From: Balanoglossus misakiensis
Lineage: Eukaryota; Animalia; Hemichordata
DNA: 64,000 nucleotides
NCBI GenBank assembly: GCA_040954595.2
Contig: CM082578.2
Location: forward strand, 13,608,304-13,672,303
Reading direction: 5' to 3'
The position numbers were made by a program, and so were the translations under genes. The notes beneath the pieces are model-generated. The model did no database searches and was not told the origin of the DNA. It saw only the letters and a list, made by a program, of their open reading frames with translations. Below, in pieces: positions 12,242 through 26,000 of the stretch; positions within the stretch are counted from its first letter, which is position 1, and each line of letters starts with the position of its first letter.

Positions 12242-12308
12242 TTAAAACCTTGAAGCTGTGTAGCAGCAGGTATCTTTGTCATGACAAAAATTGACAGACC
12301 AGTTTGTG

Positions 12309-12314
12309 AATAAA
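12309..12314 (+). terminator. Candidate ITPR polyadenylation signal AATAAA (another candidate at 11471)
   Basis: Hexamer after a long AU-rich 3'UTR-like tract; no transcript evidence. Confidence 0.3.
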
Positions 12315-15300
12315 AAGATTTCTTGATAATCATTAGTGGGCGTGGTTGATATATTGTGCAGATGGTGGCAGAGGTGACGTTTGTAAATGGATCTGTGACA
12401 TCTTGCTACATGGCACTTTCTCTACATAACAATCTCAGCGCAAGTACAGTTCCGTCTGTGATTACACAGGGGTCTTTTGTATGTCACCTGTCACAAATGA
12501 AACCTTGAATAATCATCAGATGTTTACCACAGTCTGTCAGGTATGATTGACCCTTGTCAAGATTCCCTGCGAGATGTTCGTCAGAAAGATTAAGATCTGT
12601 CTGCTGCTCATTTCCCAGATTTGTCACTTAGAGTAAAAGCTTTTTTCTAAGAAAAGCAGAGATGAATAAATCTCAGTGCAGGTAGAGTGACACTTGGCAA
12701 ATAGACTGGTTGGTAATTAGAGATGTGCAAAGACTAACAAATGAAGCTGAGTTATTCATTTAGTGGACAGTTCCTGATTAGTGTTTTTTTCCTGCAGGAA
12801 GTCTTCAATCAAGTCACAGAGACTTGCATGACTGGAAGTGTGTTGCAGAGATGGCTCTTGTGAGCAATGCACTTGTAGACGGCATTCAATCTCACACCTG
12901 AGACATTCACAAGAATCATTAGGAGTCCCGACACATCCATTAACATGTGCCATCTGAAATGGCCGACGCATTGAATTTCAGAACTTTTTCACCAAAATGT
13001 GTAGTACCCGAAGTATTTATTTGTTATGCATCTTTGAGGGTCTGTGTAATTGCATGCATAGCAGCCATATTGGATTGGATCACAAAACAAACTGATATGT
13101 ATATGAATACATCTCAGTAAATTGGCAACATCCTCATACGAAATTTGAATGAGATCAGTCCAAGTATACGTGTCCGAGTCCAATCCATTAGTGGATACTC
13201 AGGCAAACCATTTCCACTCATCAAACAAAACATACTTTTTCTCAAATATGAGGTAATCATGATTTCAGTCAAAACGCCACACTAGGAAGTCTGTGCATAA
13301 GTGGGCCATTTAGTAGCCCATATATGTTTATTGTTAGTATTTTTAGTATTTCTTTTTTTTTGTAAAATGAAAAAATTCACAAAAACAAACATACTTATTG
13401 CACATGCACGTATGTAATGGTTTGAACTATGATGTCATAATGGCTCAAAGTGCAAAGGTACAAATAGTAATTCTGTCTCATAATTCACAATCTATGCCAG
13501 TTGAAAATATCCATTCCTCCATGTAGCAATAACAAGTGTTTTTTGTGTGCAAATTGAATGATCAGTGACATAATGCGAGTCATAATAAAGAAGTGTGTGC
13601 AAATGAGAAATTGTATCTTCACCTTGCACATATTTAACTATGTGGGTATCTATGGAAATACACTGCAAAGATACCATATACATGTTGTGGAAATAAGTTT
13701 TTTTTTTGATGATCATATTCATTTGTTCGAACTATAAAATATTAGAATTCAATTGACGAGTTAAATGATGTTTCATTAATGATCAACGTGCACATCATGC
13801 AAGGGCATAAAATTACAAGAAAAACATCATCCTGTCTTCAAAAACTCAACACAGATCAAGAAAGCTCTTTCAGAATGCATATTACACCAATGATGTAAGT
13901 CTTCATCAACAAATTCATTTGATACCAATTCAAGATTTGAAATAAACTTGAAATATATAAATAATACATAAATATGAAGTGATTCAAGTAATATCATAAA
14001 TCTACAGATTTTAATGTACCCTGTCAAAGTTATGTCAGGAAATGTATCAAATACTAAAAGAAACACTCAATAAATAATTATGAACAAAAAATTACAGGTG
14101 TAATAAAAATATTGAAATGAACACAATTATGAAAATGAATAATTTATATTACCCATGGTATTTACTTTATCTGAGCATTTTTTTTACATTTGAAATATTG
14201 ATAAACTTTCTTATGAACATTTTTTGACAATTTCTTAAAGTGAAATAGATCAAGTTATGAAGTGTCTAAATTATGTATGTCCATGAAGCAAGCACACAGA
14301 TCTAACCCAGAAATCTCATAATGGTAGCTATCTATCAATGGCTATTTACATGACATTAGAACTTGGTAGTTTTGTTTGTATGAGAACACCATTGTGATAT
14401 TGAAATCAGAAGGGCAACTCTGCCAGTCAACTGATTAAATGAAAGATCACTCTGAAATATGCATATGAGGACAAAACAATTTTTTTCTCATCTACCAAAG
14501 TGAAAGACATAAACAATAAATAACCAGACACAAACAAAATCACCAGATTAGGAGATATTGTGCAAGTCACAAATTAAAGTGATCAATTTCAATCTGTTTG
14601 AATTTGCATATTAAAGCTTATTAGAATAGTGTGTAAATACATGGGTGGATGACAGCATTTTCATCAAAGTTGTAAAAGGGAGAAGATAAATGTATAGGTC
14701 ACATGTTAGACTCAGTTCTGTCACAGGTGAAGCTTTTTATCTTAGTAGGGCTCTCAGTGAATGCAAAACCATCAGATTCAAATACTATCAATTTTACCTT
14801 CTTTGCAAGATCATATGAAACATGGTGCAATCTAATGGTATTTAACGGTTGATTCACAAAAAGCGTAGCATAGCTGCTACAAAAAAAACTTAGCTTGTAT
14901 AAAAGTTCCCAGTTAAAATGCACAATCAAGTAGTTTGCATAGAAAAATCCACTGTTCTCTGTAACAAAATGTGAGTGTACAATTTAAATTACAAGCCATA
15001 ATATGCTATTCTAGACTTGACAAGAAAACACATTCAAGAAAATGTAATGATTAGATTAATAAGAATAAAATGCCTACTAACTTCATTTTCATACTTGTAT
15101 CAGCTTAGCTGTACATATGATTTACACTGTAAATTCACAACCACCACTGACATCAACATTTCAATTGCACCTTCTGGACAGGATGGTTAACATGTAGAGA
15201 GTTGTATGCTGATGATCGTGTCTATGGTCTGGACAGGAGAGTTGCGCAGGCATACTCCTTCACACGTAACCCAGCTATGGCTCCCAAAGATACTAAAACT

Positions 15301-18300
15301 GGTAAACCTTTGGGAACACCAAGGTGCTCAAAATAGAGTTATCCTTCACAAAGTAGTAAAATGTTATTCAACTTGTAACACTTGGCTTAAAAAATTCACC
15401 TTAAAATAGATGGTTCTAGCAACCTTTGAGAAGCCATACAGCGCATACCCATCTGTCATCAATAAAAGCTAACAGCAAATACAACACCCATTACTGTTTA
15501 ATATAACGAATGTTTACATTTCCTTTATCATTAATACAAATACCATAGGTGGTTGTCAAGGTAATATTTTACCAATGTCACAGTTGTGCACAAGTATCCT
15601 TAGTGACCAGGAAATGTCTGCATATCGAATGTCACTCGGGTAATTTCTTGCATGATGTCCTCTTTTGGCTTCCCTGATGTTTTCATTGGACGGCTCCTTC
15701 CTGTACCACCTGGGAGTCTTAACAGCCTTGAAGGTCAATCAATGACATCTCCCAGGTACCAGTCAGTCAAATAAATATTAAATAATCAAAGAGTGCGCAA
15801 GATGCTTAACACAAAAACTTACAAACCTTACACTCGCAGTTCATCATGTTGATGGGATGTGAATATTCAGGCCATGTGACTGTTAACATGCAAAAATTAA
15901 GATATATGAGCAGTGTACATTACAGCCTTGCACTGCCCCCAGCACTTAAGTTGACATACAGCTTATTGATTACACATTAACATGTTTAACTTTAATACTG
16001 GAGATGACCTCACAGTGCTGTTTGGAGTTTCAACAAAATAGTGCTTGACACCATTTACATCACAACAAAAAAAGCATCTACTGGCAGATACATACACAGA
16101 CATGCATTGCACATTAGTTGATAATGGGGGACAGAATCCACTGATAATGTGATGCGACTCCAGCTGAGATTTGAATGGAAATGCTCACAGCTGGTGATGG
16201 GCTGTCTAGCCTGCAGAAATTTTCCACATCACATTTTTAATCTGTTACACTTGCTACCCTTAGTTTGTATGCAGTACCTGTCAGCGTAATCCCCTACGCT
16301 TTTATCGTAAACAATGATGTAAATTACCTGGAATTATTCACCTGCTGTGATAAAGTTTATATTGCTAGGCATCCATGTACATGAACAGATTCTCTCAAAC
16401 ACCTGAGAGCATATATATATATCATGGCCAGCATATGCAACTGTAATTGAGATGAAAATGCTTTCTGGGGGGAAATCTCATTGGTTAATGTGAATGATTT
16501 TGCAAACTATTAATCAGACTGATTTCTGTACTAAAGGGAATCTGTGTGAAATGATTTGGGAACCCCAGTAACATTAACCAGGGAAGTACCCTTAACAAAA
16601 ACAGTTACATGCACTGCCGGGTCGACCCCTGTCAGTTACAATTAAGGCTACAACAAAAAAGAGCTTGCACAACCTTCAATGACCCATCCACTTGTATAGT
16701 GACCATTCACAAAGTGAATAATACAACTTCAAAGAGGATTTTTTTTATGAATGAGATAAAACTCGAGTGACACGCATTTGCTGTCTGTGATTTCAGGGGC
16801 ATTTCACATCAATTAGGAGAATATCATTTTTAGTGATCGCATTATTATTTGTAGAAGCTTTACATATGCATCATTCCTTAAGCTGCTTAAAGTACACAAA
16901 GTGCAAGATCAGTTTACCATTTGAAGTGAAATACATAGCAGATATTGTGAATATATCCCTTCTTTAACTTAAAAAAAGTTGTTGGGGTTTGTTAGAGCTG
17001 TTAGAACCATGCTGACAGTTGCCTTTTAAATGAAACATGCTTTGTGTATGCTGCATGAGTTGTGAAAAGTAATTGCATTAACAATTGTACGAAAGTGACA
17101 TACAAATATCTGAAAATTTGCTTTCAAATACACAAAAATCCACACAACACACGAACTAAGAGCCTGTAAAGTACACTCACAGTCATTTGACTTCCTTGGA
17201 CACAGAAAGTACATGTACTATTCCCTTCTTCAGTTGAAAAAATAATACATGAAATCTTTTGAAGGTATAACTCTTCAGGTATTGTCAACAACTACCGGTA
17301 GAATCTCAAAGCTAAATGTTTTCATTCAGTGTGCTACTGTTGCCAAACAACACAAGTTTGAACCAATCAGCTCTAAAAACCTACCTCCAGCACCCCCACC
17401 ATGTGATCACTGATCATGCCACCAGCAGGAAGTTTGTCTGGCTCCTACAGTCTTTCATTATTAAACGATAAAACTGTATTATTATGAAATCTATATTATC
17501 AGTTTGATTTCCTGTTTATTTGGGCCGAATGGCTGGATTAGCGACACTTACACTGGTCAAGATTAGTGCAAGGAAAGGCAATTTTTGGGGACAGTATCTT
17601 TATCACATTGAAGCTTTAGATTTTTACAACATTTCAGTAGGAGGGATGAACATCTTGTTTGAATACTTCACGCAACTAACGGCATTGATGAATTTATCCA
17701 TCTAAAATGAAAAGCAATTACTTTCAATCCTGGCATCTCCAGGCAAACTGTTTGCTCAGATACCAATTAAGGCTTAGACTTGGGGTCAAAATGAAAATAT
17801 ATCTGCCATCAATCCTGTTCAGGTACTTGGCTCAGTGGCTGTTCTCATCAATTTTCCACATGCAATCTGGTGTGTTTATTAATAGTGTGACCCCAATAGT
17901 CAGAAACATGCCATATTTCTTTCTCTTGTACATGTTAGTCTAACCAATACTCCCCTATGCATACTTTAGATGCTCATTAGAGTACTTTAACATGATGATA
18001 AAACTCTAAAATTAGAATGTTCTCATTATCAGTTAAAGACTGCTTCTTGACTACCGGTAGTGAGAATCACAGCTCTTTCTGAACTGTCATGTCTAAGTTT
18101 CGCTGCATCTGAAATGTAGGAATAGTAATGGCCAGAATGCAATTCATGTGCATCTCAGTCTTGTCAATCATGTTAATTCTGATTGTCTTAAATTAATTGA
18201 TGAAATGTTTAACATAATTTATTTTGTTGACATTTTAAATTAAATTTCTCAAACATTCCTTTACACATTATGAAGACTGGTACTTTTTATATAAAGATTT

Positions 18301-19613
18301 ATATCTGTGGTTTTTTTGCAGTGAGATCAACCCACACATTTAGTATTGTGTCAAAATTTAGCTCTAGAATCAGGTCAGTAGAGAAATGTTCCAACTGCAC
18401 CTGTGTTGCTGACGACCCCTCAAGGAATTGAAGGTCATTTGACCTTGCATGGTGATGACAGAAATGGCAACTATTGCTTACGCAGCTGTCACCAAAGTTA
18501 AACTTGTACTTTTGCCGAATACATCTATATGTTTTACACTTGATTGCTTGAAATTTAAGCTTAGCATTGATTTCAAGTGGTACAGAATAAATATCTTCTT
18601 AATCTGACTGCATATTTCTACGTAGAAGGAATCTTAATAACATGGTCTGAGGATGATTTGTACTTGACACTCAAATTTTCAATGAATTAGTAGTACTGCC
18701 TTTCCTTGACTGACTGCCGCATATTTAGATGGAACCTTATCGCAAGATATCCCTAAGCACCTGAGTGACTTTCTTCTCTCCCGTATAGCATTACAGCTTG
18801 CACGCTCATTATTCAAACCTTTTTTTCAGTTCAGCTTTGTTCTTACAGCTCAAATTTCAATGTAATCAAACACAAATACTTCACTGATTCCTTCTTGTGC
18901 CATTAATGTTCGGTGAAGTCTCTTGTGTGGGTAAATTTTCTTCTGAGTTGAAGTCGGGTGTTATCATTTTTAATATTTTCGTCTCTTCTTGGTTTTGTTT
19001 AGAAGTGCCTATTCTACATTAAAGTTATTTTGCTTCCCTGATCTTGTCAATTAACACATTGACATCTACATGAAAATTCAATTTGCTTGGCTTCATAAAA
19101 TATTGAGTTGAAATTTTTAATACTGAGTATTTGTTTAGTTATATACATGATTGTACATATTATAATAAAATATAACACTAGATTAAATCTGCTGATTCAT
19201 TTCATCTAAATATTAACCTATAATTTACTTCCAGTTTTATTCATCTTAACTTTCATTCTGCAAAGATTGAAATTTTCAAAAACAAGGCGAAAACATGATA
19301 TAAACTGCGAAAAAAATTGATGTCTATATTTTTAATTAGGCTCTTTCATGCATGAGGTTTGGAGTTCAATCCTGGTTCTGATGCTGAATGAGTTTCAAAT
19401 ACTAACAATGAGTATTAAAGAGAAATGTTATCCACATGCAAAGGTGGAGAGTTTCTGAATATGAATCGTGGTTGAGGAAAGAACCTGAGAACTTGAAGTT
19501 AAAAGCTGTTAATTCTTCCCACTGTATGGCATCTATTTCTCCTTCTACACTCAGCCAATCAGAATGAGCCTACAGAAGAGAACCAGTCCCACTCTGGCTA
19601 TCTCCATGTGTAG

Positions 19614-19619
19614 TTTATT
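19614..19619 (-). terminator. Candidate proximal polyadenylation signal of sarcospan
   Basis: AATAAA on the - strand about 85 nt after the TAG stop; no transcript evidence. Confidence 0.25.
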
Positions 19620-19704
19620 CTGACTGGCCGACAAAGAGAAACCTAGGAGGTCTGGATCCATTAATTGGTGGGGGTGTGAGATAGGGTGGAGTTGAGGGGT
19701 CAGA

Positions 19705-20079
19705 CTAGGGGTGATTGGGTATGGTAGCACTGTATGAATAAAATCTCAAGCCGGAATAAAACTCCATGTAACGGAGTTTCCACAGCATAATGACTACACA
19801 AAAGCAGGCAAAACCCCCAATGGCATTTAGAGTGCATTGGAAAAAGAGATAAGTTTTTAAATTGGCAAGAAAATTGTCACAGTCCATGGTCTCTTCATAA
19901 ATGTAAAGTCTTGATAGGTCGCTGCTATCATGAGCTTTGGAACATTGGCATTGCCTGAGTGCCTTCAGGTGTTCACAGGTATCTTCAAATCCAATAATAG
20001 CTGCTCCATGGATACCAGTAAACGCACTGGCTGTAAACGCCACAAATATACAGACTGTAGAAAGAACAAAACATGTAGC
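19705..20079 (-). CDS. SSPN: Sarcospan last coding exon (TM3, Cys-rich large extracellular loop, TM4, stop TAG)
   Basis: ctgtcttttcag acceptor, then ATCFVLSTVCIFVAFTASAF...TIPNHP*; 375 nt. Confidence 0.93.
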   Translation of the reverse strand, partial: ATCFVLSTVCIFVAFTASAFTGIHGAAIIGFEDTCEHLKALRQCQCSKAHDSSDLSRLYIYEETMDCDNFLANLKTYLFFQCTLNAIGGFACFCVVIMLWKLRYMEFYSGLRFYSYSATIPNHP

Positions 20080-23000
20080 CTGAAAAGACAGAAAACAGAC
20101 AATATATTAATTATTACAAGCTAGAATAGTTTTAGAATAAAAATAGGTAAGAGTATCATTCTTTTCAGCAAATTTATTTTTGAGAAATTTATTTTGAGAG
20201 CAGTAATGTCAATCCATACAGCAATTTAGAAAAAAAATCTACAGGTACAGAAAGATACCTTGATACATAAAATATTAAACAAATCACGGTTTAATGAAAA
20301 TTTATACATTTTCAGGGGTAGTGACAGCTACAGGAGAAAAACAACTAAAATATTTATGGTTTTTAAGCTTTTCTACCTCAAGAACCAGACACAGCAGACA
20401 ATCTGCCAGCTAGTCTCAGTTCATGAAAATTACAGTGACATGCAGATGGATTATAAATTGAAAAATGTCTCCATATACATAATAAACAGACATTGGTACA
20501 ATAGGGCTGACATATATTGTAACAGATGCTAATTTTTATTACAGAGTCATAAAAGTTTTCATTCATGTTTTTTTCTGACAAAGCTAATGCTGAAAGTCTC
20601 TTGAATGGTGAAAGTATTACAGATATTTTCAAACCGTTTACGACTCAGAAGTTTGCTATAACATGGCAGCAGGTTGCAACAGATGTATTGACCAGACTGG
20701 GATGAATTCAACAAATCAACAAAATTTAGTGAATATAGAACACATTCAGCAGAAAAACATTGCTATTTTATTAAAATCTGTTTCCAAATTCCAACCGATA
20801 ACGTGTTTTGCAGTCATCACATCTACATATAAATTATAAGTGAGCAACATTATAACCAATATTTGGGAAAGATGAGTTTGTCCTTCATAAGCTGTTATAA
20901 AGTGGTAATTATCCTTCCCATAACCATTAATTGTTACTAAAACTATTTCCAATCAAAGCCATTAAAGCAGTATTTTGAGACTGGTGTTTGAAAATCCCCC
21001 TATTTTGAAATGGCACAAGGCCATGGCAATTTATGCTTTCAATCAATCTTATGTCTGTAATTCACTCGCCCATAATTATAGAGATTTAGAACTGTCACTA
21101 TAGGAATAATGGACATTTCACTACAGATGAATACCAATATGCATTGTCACCTTGCATTGCTTTCACCATTGATACACACACTGCACCAACAGATTCAAGA
21201 AGTCGCTCAATCAACTCTATTTCAAGCCATAAATATTCATTATCAAGCTGCTTTATACGAATCACTAATGCCTCATGCATGCATTTTTCATGATGAAAAC
21301 TGGTCATTAAATATTAATGGTGCATTAAGGTACATTTATGCATGTACTCGATGATGTTAATAACATTTCCAATTCATATACATCAAAATAAAACCTTTTA
21401 ATAGTCATATATTGGAAACTGTTATATAAACTTGAACTGTTATGTGAGCTGTCACATGACATTTCACAACTTCATGATCTCAGCAAACGTGTTACTTAGT
21501 GATGCATACTGCTATGCAGTATTGTGGTGGTGTTGGGTGGCAAATATGATACTATGATACAGCTGTTTGTATGTACACCATATATAAACTAAGCATGCAT
21601 GTTGATAGAGGCAGGTGTGACTGATAAAATGTCAAGTTTTCTGAAAAATCCCATGGTATTTTTCAAACATTGGAATTTCATGAATTGTGCATTTTCTATC
21701 TTTAAGACGACGTGCTGTGTGTAAATAACAGTCAACCTGTACAGTGCAACTTTAAGAGCAGGTTACATATAGTATCAGGTGGATAAACAAGATTACTCTC
21801 AATCAACTTCTGCCCATTCAATCTTACATGTAGAGTTTAAATTACTCCCTATGGCTACATTCCTCATGTGATAAGGCAAGGTACAGAAGAAAAGGTTTAA
21901 TTGTCACAGGAGAATAATACGAAACAGCACCACGAAGAGCTCTTGACTCTAATATCTTCATCACCAAACTTCCTGTGACTAAAATGTCAATTCTCAATGC
22001 CTTTATATCAAATGATTTCCCTTGAGCAATCCATCAACTGCGCTTGTCAGTAGAAATTGACTTCAACCAAAACAGCTATGGTTTGTTCAACACACTCTGC
22101 GAATACCTCATTCAAATCATATTAACCCATGCCCTCTGGAAGTTTTGAATTCCAAGAATTTTCCACAACATGCTTATAGGTGCCTGCACATCTATCATTA
22201 TCAACTCTGCCCTATTTGCTGGAAATTGCCGCTATTATTTGTCCAAAGTGGCTGTAAATGGTGGCTTTGATAGCATTTTCACCAGTCGAAAACAGCTATT
22301 TTGTTCAGAACACAAATGTTCCATTTGCTGGAATGTTTTGTGAATACAGATCAAGTCTTGAGTCCATTGCAGCATTTTAATCCTGTGAGAAAATTCTGAA
22401 GCATGTCATGCGATTGAAAGATTTGTACTTAGTGTAATCGTTACATTTTGAAAAAAACTGCTTTCAGTTCCCTGCCCGCACAGCCAAATTGTTGTGAATT
22501 GTTTCAGATTGGTCAATTCTGATTGGTCAACCTGTTCGCAAACAGGTGTACACTGGATGCATGGATTTTGTGGCTTATTACAAATCTTCTGCAAATCTCT
22601 GGGACTTCATATAATTCTTGCAAATAATGTGTACACATAACTATTTATGAATATTTCCTAAATCCTAAATTTGCATATAGGATTTTCCAATACATGAAAG
22701 GTCCACAACTGCGTAATGTAGTTTTTTGCATCTTGATGAAAGCGACTCCCACAGATTGCCATGGTGATACTCCACGTTGTTAGGCAGACATTTTCTGTGT
22801 GACTGCCCACATATCCTGTGGCCATACTTTGACTGGTTCACAGCTGAGTCCGTATGAGCTCACTTTACACCTTTATCAGGGCAAAAAGAGCTTCACATAG
22901 AACAATCAATTGCATTTTGTGATTCTACACTCTAATGTTTTCCTGGACACTTACACTACAGAAGACTGTGCGACATTTCCATCAAAGGTTACACCTGTAT

Positions 23001-26000
23001 ATATATGCAATATAAAAGTAGTACAAAAGATCTTACCATATGCATTGTGCAGCTCACAAATTACTGAAGCATGAATACATTATGAGATTTCCTTTCACAA
23101 AATCGCCCATTGATTCATACAATGGAAAGTTTTTTTGAGTAATGCATGCATGTAATGCTTTAAAGTCTGGTTGGATTGTCTCCAGAAAATTTCACCTACT
23201 TTTGTACATCCTGTCCAGTAATTAAGAAAGGACAATAAAATAATACCGGGTTGTTTAATTGCAACCTTTGTTGCCATGACAAACTGCTTGATTCCATGGC
23301 AACCAGTTTAATATCAGTGACTGTCATCTGAATTAATGTCATGGGTCGCAGAATATTGTCAGGCCAATGTAAAGGAACTCTCTCCTTTATCCAAACACAC
23401 AAAATTACATATGATAATAAAAGGCCAGTTGAATATGAATGTGTATTCACAGTCTGCAATCCAAAATACAATTTAAATATTTCATATCCTCTGAGTATAC
23501 ATCCCGTGTCACATACATGTAAGGTCATGTTCTTCTCTTCAAATTATACACTGAATGAAAACGTGTGAAACCAAGATTACAGATTGAATTATTCTCAGAA
23601 ATAAAAAAAACTTACCTTGACAAGGAAGGCTTTGACACTGCCTGAGTAGGCTTCTAGATTAGTTGCGCAGAAATAAAGTCCAATCAGGCCGGCTAATACT
23701 AACTGTAGAAAAAGAGAACAGAAAAAAAAGCCACAGCCATTAGTTTTTATGAGACTTTAACAAAATTTCACTCAAACTGAGCACTTGTAATGGCCACGTT
23801 TCCTGTGCACACAAAAAATTATTCTCCTAGCAACAATTTCCAACAATTACCATTAATCTTGCTCCTGATTGCCATGTATCTTGAGATTAAATGCTTCAAA
23901 CAGTTTTAGGAGATTTACCTAACTGAACAATTTGACAAGAAATCAGTATTTTTACAAGCCAAAGTAAATGTACCACTAAGTGTAGGGAAACAGTTGTATT
24001 TAATCTTTTTCAATTGTTTTGTTCTCTGCATTTACCGTGATTTTCTTGTATTCATAAATTGCATTGCAATGACAAGTGTTAGCACTGCAATTGCAATGCG
24101 TGTGTATTTAAGTGCATTACCACTGTTGGGTGGGTGGGTGGGGGGGGGGGGGGGGGGGGTCTGTATTATTTCCAACATGTGCTGGTCACCACATCATCAA
24201 CCCATCCCCTGTCTGAATTAATCGTCATGTACCGGTAGCTGTATCCCTGTGGCCATGTGTGTGTAAATATGTTTATACACTCTACCAGTAAAATATTAAC
24301 ATAAACTATATATTGTTATTCATCTTGAACTGTAAAAGTGGCATAAAATCTCCACTAATGGTGGTTTATAGGAGCACACATGTTGATGGCCGTAATCAGC
24401 AAGCTGCTGCACTTTCCTATAATTAAAGACAGCCCAGGTTTACAGTGACAAGAAATGGACAACTGGTACACTACATGTATGATTTCAACAACAAATTGCA
24501 GGTGTCTGGCCTGGAAGTAATTTGAAAAAAAAGCCATTACATCAACTGCTGTTATTAATGTCAGGCTGCACACACCAGCTGCCCTACACATGATACAAGA
24601 GAAGCAAAAGGGAGAATTTTTATTTAAATTATTGACAGTACATAAAATGTGTGTGCATGACTTCTCTGATCAGACTCTCTGCAAAACTATGATTGAATTG
24701 GACTCATTCTGAATAACACATCATACCTTGACAAGAACAAATTCTTCTCAAGGTCAAACAGGTCAATCAGTTTTTGGAGGAAACAACACACAGGAAATTA
24801 CACAAAAACTAGATATTGACCTTCCGAATCTTTTGTACAAAAAATTTATGTTAAGATAATGTTACACCTGACCAGTGTAACATAAAAGAAAATTTGACAG
24901 TCAATACACTGATTGCAATAGTTCATTAAAGTCTGGGACATTCATCATCAGGGGATTAAAAGACATACACCGTACAAATATTTTACAAAGGTCATACAAA
25001 ATTCAATGGATAAGTACAATGATGATTCAGAAAAGCAAACACATACATGTATAGTAACACCCTGACTAGATATGAAACCATCTGTCAATGCATCTGAACA
25101 GCATAAAAGATTCAACACACAATAATTATTGACAGATGTACTAATGGTGCCATATTGATCAAAATTAACAACAGGATCTGCTGTGAATCAAATTGTAATA
25201 ATCTCTTTGATTATTAAATTTCTGTTGTACCTAACAGTACTTAGTACTCTGTGCAATATGATGGTGATGATATTTGCCATCATCTGAAAATATCGACTGA
25301 AAATTACATGTGATCATTTCTGTCTGGAAAATGAAACAAAATCTACTGGTACTTTGCTTTCGCTCAATGATCTCCTGTTATTTTTCCTTCATTTTTAAGT
25401 AAACATGCATGGTTCTAAAATGTGACCACACCAATGGTAAACAATATTAACAAACCAAGATTTATTTGTATTTTGCCCTATAACCTATTAATAACAGAAG
25501 CTGTAACAGTTGGCCATTAACCTTTATTAGCCTACTGAGCTATTTTCAAATCAATGAACATACACTATTCAACAGCTGTGGTCCTGTGTGTAATCAGTAC
25601 TCAGACGTATTTCATCGTTTGACCAAGGTCATTCTGACTTTTCATTTTCAATGAAGGACCAGAGAGCTCAACATAAATTTTCAATTTCAATCCGGAAGAT
25701 GACTGAGAGATTATTCTGCAGATGTCAGAAAAATAAAGGCCAGCTCTCACTGGGCAATATTGAGTTATAGTCTGAAATCAAGAGTGGCTTCAACATAATA
25801 TTCTCAATGTACTTTATTGATTAATACTGTTTGTTATTCAGCATTAAAGGAAGTGTGTGTGTGCAAACACTCATATAACATCTTGCTATCAGGACATCCA
25901 CATACAATAGGTATAGCCACAAGATCATTGTTGACCACGCCCCATTCAACAATGTGATATCACAGTCACATCCCCAAGCAGTGACACAAAACCTTGAAGA

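Noticed and set aside
15708-15758. Stem-loop ACCTGGGAG...CTCCCAGGT considered as a SECIS or pre-miRNA
   Set aside because: Only a 9-bp outer stem, no canonical SECIS core spacing, and no in-frame UGA in either gene.
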